A DNA stretch of 64,000 bases from an uncultured Dokdonia sp. (GCF_947492535.1 NZ_CANLNH010000008.1:120518-184517); one strand, 5' to 3'; counted from the stretch's first letter, positions 1 through 10,037 are shown. Notes: generated from the letters alone by a model not told the origin. A program made the numbers and translations.

Positions 1-179
1 GTAACAGTAGATGTGTCATTATTTCCAGAAAGCGCATATTTAGGAACAAGAACACCACCATTTGTGGTATTAGAAATTTCTAAGGCTGCTCTAGGTGAAG
101 TTGTTCCCACACCAACTTGCCCATAAAATACTCCAGTATGGATTAAAATAAAAAGTAATATATAGCTGAGCTTTTTCAT
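1..179 (-). CDS. 5' part of a secreted protein with QVGVGTTSP motif (runs off the left edge; not in ORF track)
   Basis: Manual translation from ATG at 179: MKKLSYILLFILIHTGVFYGQVGVGTTSPRAALEISNTTNGGVLVPKYAL..., open to the window edge; signal peptide; TACCTTTG promoter upstream. Confidence 0.85.
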   Translation of the reverse strand, partial: MKKLSYILLFILIHTGVFYGQVGVGTTSPRAALEISNTTNGGVLVPKYALSGNNDTSTV

Positions 180-198
180 TTTTATTAAAATTTACGTT

Positions 199-206
199 CA
201 AAGGTA
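199..206 (-). promoter_or_regulatory. Bacteroidota sigma-70 -7 element
   Basis: TACCTTTG on minus strand, about 20 nt before ATG 179; matches TAnnTTTG. Confidence 0.65.
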
Positions 207-381
207 GCTACGTAGATCTTCAAAAAAAATAATTAACAATAGGTATTCGTTGAAATGATTGAATTCATCTATAAACAACTTAAATTTCAATACTATTTAC
301 GTAAAAACCATTGATAGATTAAGGTTAATATGTTAAATTAATGAATGTTATAATTAATGAGAGAGAGTCAAAACTAGTTAT

Positions 382-425
382 ATATAGTAAAAGTCCGAAA
401 TTTTCATTTCGGACTTTTACTATAT
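382..425 (-). terminator. 19-bp perfect hairpin, probable terminator
   Basis: ATATAGTAAAAGTCCGAAA-ttttca-TTTCGGACTTTTACTATAT downstream of the 529-1765 genes. Confidence 0.7.
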
Positions 426-446
426 GTTTTTATAAAAGAATGTTCT

Positions 447-515
447 CTATTTAAGACCTTCAATAAGGCTTTCTAATTTTTTAAGATGTGCTTCTAGTGC
501 ATCAATTTTTTTCAT
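447..515 (-). CDS. Possible 22-aa coiled-coil small ORF
   Basis: MKKIDALEAHLKKLESLIEGLK*; ATG 13 nt after the stop of the upstream gene and before the terminator; heptad pattern. Confidence 0.4.
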   Translation of the reverse strand: MKKIDALEAHLKKLESLIEGLK

Positions 516-528
516 TTTGACTTTCAAA

Positions 529-1149
529 TCAATTGTTTTGACGCCATTTTACCCGAATGTCTATAATTAGATTTTCAATATCATTCACGTCACTCTCCAT
601 TTCAAACCGTAGGACATCGCCTGCTTCAAAATCCAGATTAAAGTTGTTGTTTACATAACGCAAAGTTGATTGATCTAAATTAAATACCCCATCAATATTA
701 TTGTTTATATCATTATTAGGCACTACTGTTTCATTTATGAACAATAAGATTTCTCTTGAGTTGTCATTTGTAGCACTCATAGAAATTCCGACGATGGTAC
801 CATCAAAAGGCATTATAGGACTCCTTCGTGTGTCTCCTCCTGCATATTCTACCTCTGCAGGGTCAGATCCTTGCCCCAGACGACCAAAACCTAGTGAAGT
901 GCTTTCTAAACTCAACCATTTCCCTCTTACAGCATCAAACATATACAGTATTCCATTTATTACAGTTAACTGTCCTGTTTGTGTTCCAGTAGGATTATTT
1001 TGAGGATTCAATCTCATAGATGCTATACCATTATCAATAGTATTTACATCCAAAGCAGCACTTGGATCTGTAGTTCCAATACCCATCTGAGCATGTACAG
1101 ATATACTAAATAAGAAAAGCACGATAAACTTTACTATAATCGTTTTCAT
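529..1149 (-). CDS. Secreted hypothetical protein with QMGIGTTDP motif; paralog of 1181-1765
   Basis: Start moved from 1242 to 1149 (MKTIIVKF... signal peptide), which removes the overlap; shares LNPQ.NP.GT..GQ..VI...L...DA.R.KWLS.E with its neighbour. Confidence 0.8.
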   Translation of the reverse strand: MKTIIVKFIVLFLFSISVHAQMGIGTTDPSAALDVNTIDNGIASMRLNPQNNPTGTQTGQLTVINGILYMFDAVRGKWLSLESTSLGFGRLGQGSDPAEVEYAGGDTRRSPIMPFDGTIVGISMSATNDNSREILLFINETVVPNNDINNNIDGVFNLDQSTLRYVNNNFNLDFEAGDVLRFEMESDVNDIENLIIDIRVKWRQNN

Positions 1150-1180
1150 ATTGTTTAAGATTATTCTTTGTTTTCTAAAA

Positions 1181-1765
1181 TTAGTTACGAAATTTAGTCC
1201 AAATAGTTGCAGATAAACCTCTAATAGGCCCTCCACCATCAACAGCGCTTATTTGAATAAAATCCCCGCTTTCTACCTCTATATCGAGATTTTCAAGGAT
1301 AAGACTGCCATTTACTAATTGAAACTCATGTTCTGTCACCGTTCCACTAGCATCAGTAATATTGATAGAAATTCTTTTGTCTTGATTTCCAGAAGTAGAA
1401 TTCATGGTTAAATATACAATACTGGCTTTTTCTGTAATGCGAGGACCACTATCTCTTATATCACCAGCATATTCAAGGTTACCTGAATTAATATTACCTT
1501 CATCACCAAAACTAAAAATAGAAGTCTCTATACTAAGCCATTTATTCCTTGTGGCATCATAAAGAAATAATCGGTCGCCTATTACAGAAATCTGACCAGC
1601 TGCCGTTCCTATAGGATTCGATTGTGGATTTAGTTTTAATGCTGGAAGATCATCAGATGGAGATTGAATATCCAACGCTGCATTAGGTGTTGTTGTTCCG
1701 ATACCAACTTGCGCAGTAGCAATTGAGCATACTAGTAGGATAGCAATAAGCAGTAATTTTTTCAT
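1181..1765 (-). CDS. Secreted hypothetical protein with QVGIGTTTP motif
   Basis: Signal peptide MKKLLLIAILLVCSIATA-Q; paralogy with 529-1149. Confidence 0.85.
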   Translation of the reverse strand: MKKLLLIAILLVCSIATAQVGIGTTTPNAALDIQSPSDDLPALKLNPQSNPIGTAAGQISVIGDRLFLYDATRNKWLSIETSIFSFGDEGNINSGNLEYAGDIRDSGPRITEKASIVYLTMNSTSGNQDKRISINITDASGTVTEHEFQLVNGSLILENLDIEVESGDFIQISAVDGGGPIRGLSATIWTKFRN

Positions 1766-1787
1766 TATTCAATACGATTTGGGACTA

Positions 1788-1795
1788 CAAACATA
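1788..1795 (-). promoter_or_regulatory. -7 promoter element
   Basis: TATGTTTG on minus strand, 22 nt before ATG 1765. Confidence 0.6.
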
Positions 1796-2015
1796 TAGAT
1801 ATTAAACACACTAATAATTAGATAAATACACTTTTCGTTAACTTGTCAAAAAGAATCGATGAAAGTCACAAAAAATGACAGTTTTAACGTCATTTTACTA
1901 TAATTACGCACAGAATTTATGGCAAAACCGTAAAAATATTCTTGTTTTATCTTGTCTTTCGCTATATCATATTTTATATAAAATGGTTACATTGTGAGTC
2001 TAAAATTTAGATCAT

Positions 2016-3500
2016 ATGGATAGTCAAAGACAAGACACTCAAAATGAAAAAATAGTAGAGAATAAAGAGCTCAATATTTGGGAAGCACTTATTCCTGTTT
2101 TTGCATTGGTTGGAATGCTTGCTTTTAATGTTTTTGTGTTTGGAGATGATGCATTATCTGGATCTAATCAATTTGTTTTATTATTAGGAGCAGCTGTTGC
2201 AGCTATTGTAGGTCATTTTAATAAAGTGAGTTATAAGCAAATGGTAGAAGAAGTTGCTCAAAATGTAAAGTCAACTACAGGGGCTCTTTTAATTTTATTA
2301 ATGGTTGGAGCATTGGCTGGAACTTGGCTACTTAGTGGTATTATCCCTACGATGATTTATTATGGATTACAAATATTGAATCCAACAATTTTTCTCGCTG
2401 CTTGTGTTATTATTTGTGCTGTGATATCAATAGCTACAGGAAGTAGCTGGACAACATCTGCAACCGTAGGTATTGCGCTTATAGGTATTGCAAGTGCCTT
2501 AGATATTTCTTTAGGAATGACAGCTGGAGCTGTACTATCTGGAGCTTATTTTGGAGATAAATTGTCACCTATGAGTGATACAACAAACTTAGCACCAGCA
2601 ATGGCAGGAACTGATTTGTTTACACATATTAAATATATGACCATTACCACAGTACCTACTATTATTATTACCCTTATCGTATTTATTATTATTGGATTCA
2701 CTTTAGATACTTCAGGTACTGCAAATACAGAAGCGATATTGACAGATATAGAAAAGACATTCAATATTTCGCCATGGTTATTTCTTGTGCCTATTATTGT
2801 GATTATTTTGATTGTAAAGAAAACACCACCATTAATAGCGCTTTTACTAGGGACATTATTAGGAGCTGTTGCTGCCTTAATCTTTCAGCCAGATCTTGTT
2901 GTTTTAGCTGCGGGTGGAGAAAAATTAGACTTTATAACAGGCTATAAAGGAATTATGAATGCAATAACAGTGAAAACAACAATACCCACTGAAAATGCGA
3001 TATTAGCAGATCTTTTTTCAGCCAAAGGTATGGCTGGTATGTTGGGTACAATATGGCTAATTATTTGTGCTATGGTATTTGGAGGTGTGATGGATGCTAT
3101 AGGTGCATTAGCACGTATAAGTAAAGCACTATTATCTCTTTTTCATACAACATTTGGTCTTTTTGCCAGTACAGTAGCTAGCTGTTTAGCATTGAATGTT
3201 ACAGCTAGTGATCAGTATTTAGCAATAGTCGTACCTGGTAAAATGTACAGTAAAGCATTTAAAGATAAAGGACTAGCTCCAGAAAATTTATCTAGAACGT
3301 TAGAAGATTCAGGAACGGTAACCTCAGTCTTGGTACCTTGGAATACTTGTGGTGCCTACCAAAGCGGTGTGCTAGGAGTATCAGTATTAGACTATTTTGT
3401 GTTTGCCATCTTTAACTGGTTAAGCCCATTTATGACTTTATTATTTGCAGCTTTCAATATTAAAATACGTCAATTGAAAGATGCAGGAAAAGAAGCATAA
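2016..3500 (+). CDS. nhaC: Na+/H+ antiporter NhaC family
   Basis: Polytopic membrane protein with ATGSSWTT, GAYFGDKLSPMSDTTNLA and LSRTLEDSGT motifs. Confidence 0.9.
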   Translation: MDSQRQDTQNEKIVENKELNIWEALIPVFALVGMLAFNVFVFGDDALSGSNQFVLLLGAAVAAIVGHFNKVSYKQMVEEVAQNVKSTTGALLILLMVGALAGTWLLSGIIPTMIYYGLQILNPTIFLAACVIICAVISIATGSSWTTSATVGIALIGIASALDISLGMTAGAVLSGAYFGDKLSPMSDTTNLAPAMAGTDLFTHIKYMTITTVPTIIITLIVFIIIGFTLDTSGTANTEAILTDIEKTFNISPWLFLVPIIVIILIVKKTPPLIALLLGTLLGAVAALIFQPDLVVLAAGGEKLDFITGYKGIMNAITVKTTIPTENAILADLFSAKGMAGMLGTIWLIICAMVFGGVMDAIGALARISKALLSLFHTTFGLFASTVASCLALNVTASDQYLAIVVPGKMYSKAFKDKGLAPENLSRTLEDSGTVTSVLVPWNTCGAYQSGVLGVSVLDYFVFAIFNWLSPFMTLLFAAFNIKIRQLKDAGKEA

Positions 3501-3525
3501 CACACACTATTATATAATTACTTTT

Positions 3526-3561
3526 ACAGCTCTTTTAACCTTTTAAAAGAGCTGTTTTTTT
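3526..3561 (+). terminator. Rho-independent terminator after nhaC
   Basis: ACAGCTCTTTTAA-cctt-TTAAAAGAGCTGT followed by a T run. Confidence 0.8.
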
Positions 3562-3742
3562 ATGCTAAAATGAAAGAAATTACCTTTGTGATTTAGAAGT
3601 GTCAACCTACTTAAACGAGCGATTAAATGAATAAGCTTCGATCATAAATTTTAAGAAAGCCTTGTGATTTTACAGGGCTTTTTCTTTGAAATATAGACGG
3701 TATTTTCTCATAGATTTTTTACATTTACAAAAATACTTTTTT

Positions 3743-4243
3743 ATGGCATCAGTAACCTTAGGGGGAACCCCAGTAAATACAATAAGCAACCTTCCTGAAG
3801 TAGGAAGTCCAGCACCAGCTTTTACGCTTTCGCGAAATGATCTTTCTTCTGTAACCCTTAATGATTATAGAGGTAAGAGATTAGTGTTAAATATCTTTCC
3901 AAGTGTAGATACGGGTGTTTGTGCTCAATCTATAAGAACATTTAATGAAAGAGCGAGTGCACTAGAAAATACAGAAGTTCTATGCATTTCTCGTGATCTA
4001 CCATTTGCGCAAGCTCGTTTTTGTGGTGCAGAAGGGATTGAGAATGTAAGTACACTTTCCGATTTTAAACGTGGTGAATTTGGAAAAGATTACGGAGTAG
4101 AACTTATAGATGGTGGTTTTGAAGGATTACATTCAAGAGCTATTGTCGTGGTAGATGATAAAGGAAAAGTAATTCATACAGAACAAGTTTCAGAGATAGG
4201 ACACGAGCCTAATTATGATGCTGCCCTTAATGCATTGTCATAG
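3743..4243 (+). CDS. tpx: Thiol peroxidase (atypical 2-Cys peroxiredoxin)
   Basis: FPSVDTGVCA and ISRDLPFAQARFCGAEG motifs; start set at ATG 3743 (MASVTLGG) rather than TTG 3686. Confidence 0.93.
   Translation: MASVTLGGTPVNTISNLPEVGSPAPAFTLSRNDLSSVTLNDYRGKRLVLNIFPSVDTGVCAQSIRTFNERASALENTEVLCISRDLPFAQARFCGAEGIENVSTLSDFKRGEFGKDYGVELIDGGFEGLHSRAIVVVDDKGKVIHTEQVSEIGHEPNYDAALNALS
3823..3837. repeat. Palindrome-family copy inside tpx (read as TLSRN)
   Basis: TACGCTTTCGCGAAA. Confidence 0.8.
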
Positions 4244-4245
4244 AG

Positions 4246-4608
4246 ATGCCAACTAGTTTTATAAAAGGACGTCTTAAAGGGTGTGTATACGCATTTAAAG
4301 GTGGAATACTCTTATTAAAATCGGAAGCGAGTATTCAAGTGCAATTTGGAATAGCAATACTTATTACAATTGCAGGTTTTTATTTTAAAATTTCACCTAC
4401 AGAATGGATGATACAAACCATATGCATCGGTATGGTAATGAGTATTGAAGGTTTAAATACAGCGGTTGAAGAAATTGCAGATTTTATACATCCTGATTTT
4501 CATAATAAAATAGGGAAAATTAAAGATATTGCTGCTGGTGCTGTAGGCATTGCAGCGCTTATTGCTGTAATTGTGGCAGGTATTATTTATGTCCCTAAGA
4601 TATTTTGA
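4246..4608 (+). CDS. dgkA: Diacylglycerol/undecaprenol kinase family
   Basis: E.LNTAVEEIADFIHPDFH..IG.IKDIAAGAV motif; three hydrophobic segments. Confidence 0.88.
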   Translation: MPTSFIKGRLKGCVYAFKGGILLLKSEASIQVQFGIAILITIAGFYFKISPTEWMIQTICIGMVMSIEGLNTAVEEIADFIHPDFHNKIGKIKDIAAGAVGIAALIAVIVAGIIYVPKIF

Positions 4609-4806
4609 TACTAAAATAATCATATAGAACACCTTACTTTAAGAAGTTATAAGCAATAAATAATAAAACCTAGGCTTATTGAAGATATCTCTGTGTATAA
4701 AAAGCTGTAATTGGGCACCAAATCCCCTATATTTCCGTTTCATATTTGTATTTTTAACCTGAATAATGCAGGTTTAACCTAACAACACAATCCAATCACT
4801 AGCTTA

Positions 4807-7299
4807 ATGGCTAAAAAGAAAACAACGACTAAAAGTAAACCTAAAAAAACAAAGACACCCAGAAAACCCATAAGCTTTAAACTTTCTAGACAGCAACAAA
4901 TTATATTAGGAAGTTTTTTGTTTTTTCTTGGAATCGCTTTGTTCTTCTCCTTTGTTTCCTACTTATTTACTTGGAAAGTAGACCAAAGTGTACTTACAGA
5001 TATTACAGATAGAGATGCTCAAACAAAGAACTGGCTAAGTAACTTTGGAGCAGGAATGAGTAATTTCTTTATCTATAAAGGGTTTGGGGTTTCTGCATTT
5101 ATTATATCGATATTACTTACGATATCAGGCGTATATTATTTCTTTGATTATACAAAAGCAAAATTAAGACAGTTTTGGTTTTGGGGTATTTTAGTGATGC
5201 TATGGCTTTCGGTATTTTTCGGATTCTTTCATAAACAGAATGATCTCCTTGGCGGTCGTGTGGGGTACGAGATTAATGATTACCTACAAGATTACTTAGG
5301 CCTTATAGGAGCTGCTTTTATTTTGGCATTTTTAGCAATAGCATATGCGGTAGTACGACTTAAAATGACACCCGATAAAGTAGGAACCTTCTTTAAAAGT
5401 ACAAAAGACCAATTATCTGATGAGTTTAAAGAAACTCCTGCAGATACTATTGAAACCACCGAAACAGTTCAAGCTCCAGAAGCTGACCAAATAGTAGAAG
5501 ATACGTCAGCTATTGTAGAAGAAGTTGTTAAAAATACAGAAGAGGAGAATACATCTGGAAAATCTACATTTGAAATGAATGTAGAAAACCTACAACCTAC
5601 CATTGGTAAAAAGAAAAAGAAGGATGAGCTTGTAGACCCACCTATGGAGATTACAACGCCCGACCCTGAACCAGAATTAGTCATTACTACAGATGCTTCT
5701 GAAGAAATTGATATCGAAATTAAAGCCCCTGTAGAAGAAAAAGAAGTTAAGAAGAACCTTAGTGACCAACTGGTAGATGATTTTGGAGAATTTGATCCTA
5801 CCTTAGAATTGGGACATTATAAATTCCCACCTATTGATTTATTAAAGGATTACACAAAGGGTCAAGGAATCACAATTAATCAACAAGAATTAGAAGAAAA
5901 TAAAAATAGAATTGTTGAGACCCTAAATAATTATAAGATTGGGATTGCAAATATTAAAGCAACCGTTGGTCCTACAGTGACCTTATATGAGATTGTACCT
6001 GAAGCTGGAGTACGTATTTCTAAGATTAAAAACTTAGAAGATGATATTGCATTATCGTTAAGTGCACTTGGAATTCGTATCATAGCACCTATTCCCGGCA
6101 AAGGAACGATAGGGATTGAAGTGCCAAATAAAAACCCAAGAATCGTGTCAATGCGATCTGCTGTAGCTTCTCCTAAGTTTCAAGAAGCCGAAATGGAACT
6201 ACCATTAACATTAGGAAAAACGATCTCTAATGAAACCTTTGTAGTAGATCTTGCAAAAATGCCACACTTATTAATGGCAGGAGCCACCGGGCAAGGAAAA
6301 TCTGTTGGGTTAAATGCCATATTAGCATCTTTATTATATAAGAAACACCCTGCAGAAGTAAAGTTTGTACTTGTTGATCCTAAAAAAGTAGAACTCACAC
6401 TCTTTAATAAAATAGAACGTCACTATCTAGCGAAGCTTCCAGATACAGAAGAAGCTATTATTACAGATAATTCTAAAGTAATCAACACACTAAACTCTCT
6501 TTGTATAGAGATGGATGCACGTTATGATCTGCTTAAAAATGCCATGTGTCGTAATATAAAAGAGTATAATGTGAAGTTTAAAGCCCGTAAACTCAATCCT
6601 AATAATGGGCATAAGTTTTTACCTTATATCGTATTAGTAGTGGATGAATTTGCAGACTTAATCATGACCTCTGGCAAGGAAGTCGAGACACCTATTGCAC
6701 GTTTGGCGCAGCTAGCACGTGCTATTGGAATTCACCTTATTATTGCGACACAAAGACCCTCTGTAAATGTAATTACGGGTATTATTAAAGCAAACTTTCC
6801 TGCACGTATTGCATTTAGAGTAACATCAAAGATAGATAGCCGTACGATTTTGGATACCTCTGGCGCAGACCAATTAATAGGTCGAGGGGATATGCTATAT
6901 ACACAAGGAAATGACGTCGTACGTATTCAATGTGCTTTTGTAGATACACCAGAAGTAGAACGTATCGTAGATTATATAGGCGGTCAAAAAGCCTATCCAG
7001 ATGCGCATCTTCTACCAGAATACGTAGGAGAAGAAAGTGGCACGAGTCTTGATATAGATGCCAGTGATAGAGATAAGCTCTTCCGAGAAGCCGCCGAAGT
7101 ACTGGTAATTGCACAACAAGGAAGTGCCTCTTTATTACAACGAAAACTCAAACTAGGATATAATAGAGCTGGGCGTCTTATAGATCAGCTGGAAGCAGCA
7201 GGCATTGTAGGACCTTTTGAAGGGAGTAAAGCACGTCAAGTACTTGTACCTGATATTATGGCTCTAGATCAACTTTTAAATAATGAAGGAAATGAATAA
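4807..7299 (+). CDS. ftsK: DNA translocase FtsK
   Basis: N-terminal 4 TM, linker, Walker A GATGQGKS, Walker B VVDEFAD, C-terminal gamma domain LQRKLKLGYNRAGRLIDQLE. Confidence 0.97.
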   Translation: MAKKKTTTKSKPKKTKTPRKPISFKLSRQQQIILGSFLFFLGIALFFSFVSYLFTWKVDQSVLTDITDRDAQTKNWLSNFGAGMSNFFIYKGFGVSAFIISILLTISGVYYFFDYTKAKLRQFWFWGILVMLWLSVFFGFFHKQNDLLGGRVGYEINDYLQDYLGLIGAAFILAFLAIAYAVVRLKMTPDKVGTFFKSTKDQLSDEFKETPADTIETTETVQAPEADQIVEDTSAIVEEVVKNTEEENTSGKSTFEMNVENLQPTIGKKKKKDELVDPPMEITTPDPEPELVITTDASEEIDIEIKAPVEEKEVKKNLSDQLVDDFGEFDPTLELGHYKFPPIDLLKDYTKGQGITINQQELEENKNRIVETLNNYKIGIANIKATVGPTVTLYEIVPEAGVRISKIKNLEDDIALSLSALGIRIIAPIPGKGTIGIEVPNKNPRIVSMRSAVASPKFQEAEMELPLTLGKTISNETFVVDLAKMPHLLMAGATGQGKSVGLNAILASLLYKKHPAEVKFVLVDPKKVELTLFNKIERHYLAKLPDTEEAIITDNSKVINTLNSLCIEMDARYDLLKNAMCRNIKEYNVKFKARKLNPNNGHKFLPYIVLVVDEFADLIMTSGKEVETPIARLAQLARAIGIHLIIATQRPSVNVITGIIKANFPARIAFRVTSKIDSRTILDTSGADQLIGRGDMLYTQGNDVVRIQCAFVDTPEVERIVDYIGGQKAYPDAHLLPEYVGEESGTSLDIDASDRDKLFREAAEVLVIAQQGSASLLQRKLKLGYNRAGRLIDQLEAAGIVGPFEGSKARQVLVPDIMALDQLLNNEGNE

Positions 7300-7939
7300 A
7301 GTGAGTATGCGATTTTTAATGAGTATGCTATTAATTTTGGGAGGTTACGCTTTCGCGAAAGCGCAATCAGCTCAATCATTACTCAAAGAAGTAGACAGTA
7401 AAGTAAAGAGCTATGAAAATATAGCCATCGACTTTAAATATGCATTAACCAATGAAGCTGAAGGTGTAAATCAAGAAACGAAAGGGAATGTTGTTTTAAA
7501 GGGAGATTTGTATGCACTTAATTTATTAGGAACGAAACAAATTTTTGACGGCGCTAGTATTTATACAATAGTTCCTGAAGATGAAGAAGTTACTATAAGT
7601 ACGGTAAGTGATCAGGATGAAAATGCAATCACACCATCCAAAATGCTTTCGTTCTTTAATGATGGGTATACCCAAAAAATGGATATTACTCAAAAAGTAA
7701 ATGGACGTACCATACAATATGTGAAATTAACCCCTATGGATTCTAATAGTGAAGTAAAACACACATTATTAGGTGTTGATACTACCACAAAACATATCTA
7801 TAGATTGATTATTGTACAAAAAAACGATACTAAAATTACAATTACAGTAAACTCATTTAAACCTAATCAGCCTATATCTGCAAAAGCATTTGTATTTGAT
7901 GAAAGTAAGTACACAGATTATTATATTAACAAAATATAA
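7292..7939 (+). CDS. lolA: Outer-membrane lipoprotein carrier LolA family
   Basis: Signal peptide ending AFAKA-Q; IFDGASIYTIVPEDEEVTIS and TPSKMLSF motifs; follows ftsK as is usual; start could be 7283, 7292 or 7307. Confidence 0.8.
   Translation: MNKVSMRFLMSMLLILGGYAFAKAQSAQSLLKEVDSKVKSYENIAIDFKYALTNEAEGVNQETKGNVVLKGDLYALNLLGTKQIFDGASIYTIVPEDEEVTISTVSDQDENAITPSKMLSFFNDGYTQKMDITQKVNGRTIQYVKLTPMDSNSEVKHTLLGVDTTTKHIYRLIIVQKNDTKITITVNSFKPNQPISAKAFVFDESKYTDYYINKI
7346..7363. repeat. Palindrome-family copy in lolA signal peptide (YAFAKA)
   Basis: TACGCTTTCGCGAAAGCG. Confidence 0.9.
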
Positions 7940-7999
7940 CAAGCACAGTACTGTAGGAATGAAGAAGGTATTGTATTTTTGTTTTCGATTTCCTAATTA

Positions 8000-10000
8000 A
8001 TGAAAATACTAGATCGTTATATACTTTTCACATACGTGAAAACATTCTTGAGCATCTTTATCATATTGATGTTCATTTTTGTTTTACAAAGTGTCTGGCT
8101 CTATATACAAGAGCTTGCAGGACGAGACCTTGATTTTAGTGTTATCCTTAAGTTTTTATTATTTGTAACCCCAAGCCTTGTAACTCTAGTACTACCTTTA
8201 TCTGTACTACTTACCAGTATTATGACATTTGGAAACTTTGCCGAAAACTACGAGTTTGCAGCAATGAAATCTACAGGAATATCATTACAACGAGCTATGA
8301 AAAGTCTCATTGTATTTATCGTTTTCTTAGGGATTACTTCATTTTTATTTGCAAACTATGTAATTCCTGCATCTCAATTTGAATTTAGAAACCTTCGTAA
8401 TAATATTGGAAAACTAAAACCAGCAATGATCATACGCTCTGGGCAATTTAATGCCATAGGAGAAGATATCAATATCCGAGTAGCAGAAAAACACGGTGAA
8501 CGTGATCAATACTTGACAGATGTTATTATACATCAAAAAGAACCTGGACGTATAGGAAATTATACGGTGATTAAAGCAAAAGAAGGAGAGTTAATTAGTT
8601 CGTTAGAATCTCCTATACTTTCTCTAAAACTCTCTGATGGTAACTATTATAGTGAAGTAAAACAGTCTGACTATAAAAAACAAAAAAGAGAACCTTTTGC
8701 AAAAAGTTATTTCGAAACCTATACACTTAATATTGATTTAGGGGCCCTTAATGGCGATGTAGATTTAGATAATAAAGGGATTGATAATTCTTATCAAATG
8801 CTGAATGTAAAAGAACTAGATTCGTCATTAACAGGATTAGCTAAAAAATATGATAAGAGTCGAACGGATTTTGGAAATACATTTATAAAAAAAGCCAATT
8901 TCAAACCTATAAAAGATTTTAAATTACCATTGGTAGATACGATACAGGAAGTACTTTTGGATAATTATAATCTTACAGATAAAGTAGCTATTTTACAATC
9001 TGTAAAATCGAGTATAGGAAATTCACTTACCTCCATAGATAGAAGAAAGAAGATACATGCAGTAGATGTAAAACGTCTTAATAAATTTGAGATAGCGATC
9101 CATGAAAAATATGTGCTAGGGTTTAGTTGTATTGTCTTATTCTTTGTAGGAGCACCCTTAGGCGCGATTATTCGTAAAGGAGGATTAGGATTACCTATTG
9201 TAGTAGGCGTTGTCTTATTTCTTACGTTTCACTTTATAGGAATCTTTGCAAAAAACAGTGCAGAAGATGGAACTATTTCTGCATTTACAGCAAGTTGGTT
9301 AAGTACATTTATTACCCTACCCATAGGCGTATATCTTACCTACAGGGCCACAACAGACCAAGGACTCATAGATTTAGACCCTATTCGTTTATTCCTTCAG
9401 AAAATCTTCGAAAAGAAGAAAAAAGTAGTTGAAGAAATAGTAGAAGAAAAAGTAGCATATACCTTAACTAAAGAAGAAGAGGCCATATTAGATGCACGGT
9501 CTATTAATCAATTGAAAGAAATAGTAAAAAACTATAAGCAATATGAGTATAGTGATGCATTGCGATATGGAGCATTAGACCGATTAGATGCATTAGGGAT
9601 CACAAAAGAGAACCTTAAAGTACAAGGGTTTTATGAAAATGTCACCTATAATAAAGCAGAAAAATATTATACTGACTATAAGAAATATAACAAGTATACA
9701 TTAATAAATTACCTGATTTATATTGCACTTTTTGCAGTAGCAATTTTTACCCCACAGCTTATAGGAAAGAACCCTGCTATTGTACTTACTTATCAAATAT
9801 CGCAAATAGCTTTTCTTGTTATATTTTATATTCTATTTATACTTACGCTCGTTTCTATTTCTAAATATTACACCACGATAGGAAAGAAGCAGACTAATGG
9901 GTTATTTATTCTTTTTTTCCTACTAGGCATTCCTGGGTATCTGATTATTTATTTTTATTTTAAAAATAGGATGAAAGAAGATTTAGGAATGATTAGATAG
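8000..10000 (+). CDS. LptF/LptG-family LPS export permease with C-terminal extension
   Basis: MKILDRYI start, GNFAENYEFAAMKSTGISLQR, GAPLGAIIRKGGLGLP; about 190 extra C-terminal residues with 3 TM. Confidence 0.88.
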   Translation: MKILDRYILFTYVKTFLSIFIILMFIFVLQSVWLYIQELAGRDLDFSVILKFLLFVTPSLVTLVLPLSVLLTSIMTFGNFAENYEFAAMKSTGISLQRAMKSLIVFIVFLGITSFLFANYVIPASQFEFRNLRNNIGKLKPAMIIRSGQFNAIGEDINIRVAEKHGERDQYLTDVIIHQKEPGRIGNYTVIKAKEGELISSLESPILSLKLSDGNYYSEVKQSDYKKQKREPFAKSYFETYTLNIDLGALNGDVDLDNKGIDNSYQMLNVKELDSSLTGLAKKYDKSRTDFGNTFIKKANFKPIKDFKLPLVDTIQEVLLDNYNLTDKVAILQSVKSSIGNSLTSIDRRKKIHAVDVKRLNKFEIAIHEKYVLGFSCIVLFFVGAPLGAIIRKGGLGLPIVVGVVLFLTFHFIGIFAKNSAEDGTISAFTASWLSTFITLPIGVYLTYRATTDQGLIDLDPIRLFLQKIFEKKKKVVEEIVEEKVAYTLTKEEEAILDARSINQLKEIVKNYKQYEYSDALRYGALDRLDALGITKENLKVQGFYENVTYNKAEKYYTDYKKYNKYTLINYLIYIALFAVAIFTPQLIGKNPAIVLTYQISQIAFLVIFYILFILTLVSISKYYTTIGKKQTNGLFILFFLLGIPGYLIIYFYFKNRMKEDLGMIR

Positions 10001-10037
10001 TTCATGTATTCTATTCCGACAAACACACCATAATTCG

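Noticed and set aside
1150-1242. Apparent overlap of the two paralogs
   Set aside because: Disappears when the signal-peptide start at 1149 is used
3686-3742. TTG-initiated N-terminal extension of Tpx (likewise the extensions at 18370, 27647 and 32313)
   Set aside because: Downstream ATGs give family-typical N-termini or signal peptides; for selO a -7 element supports the shorter start
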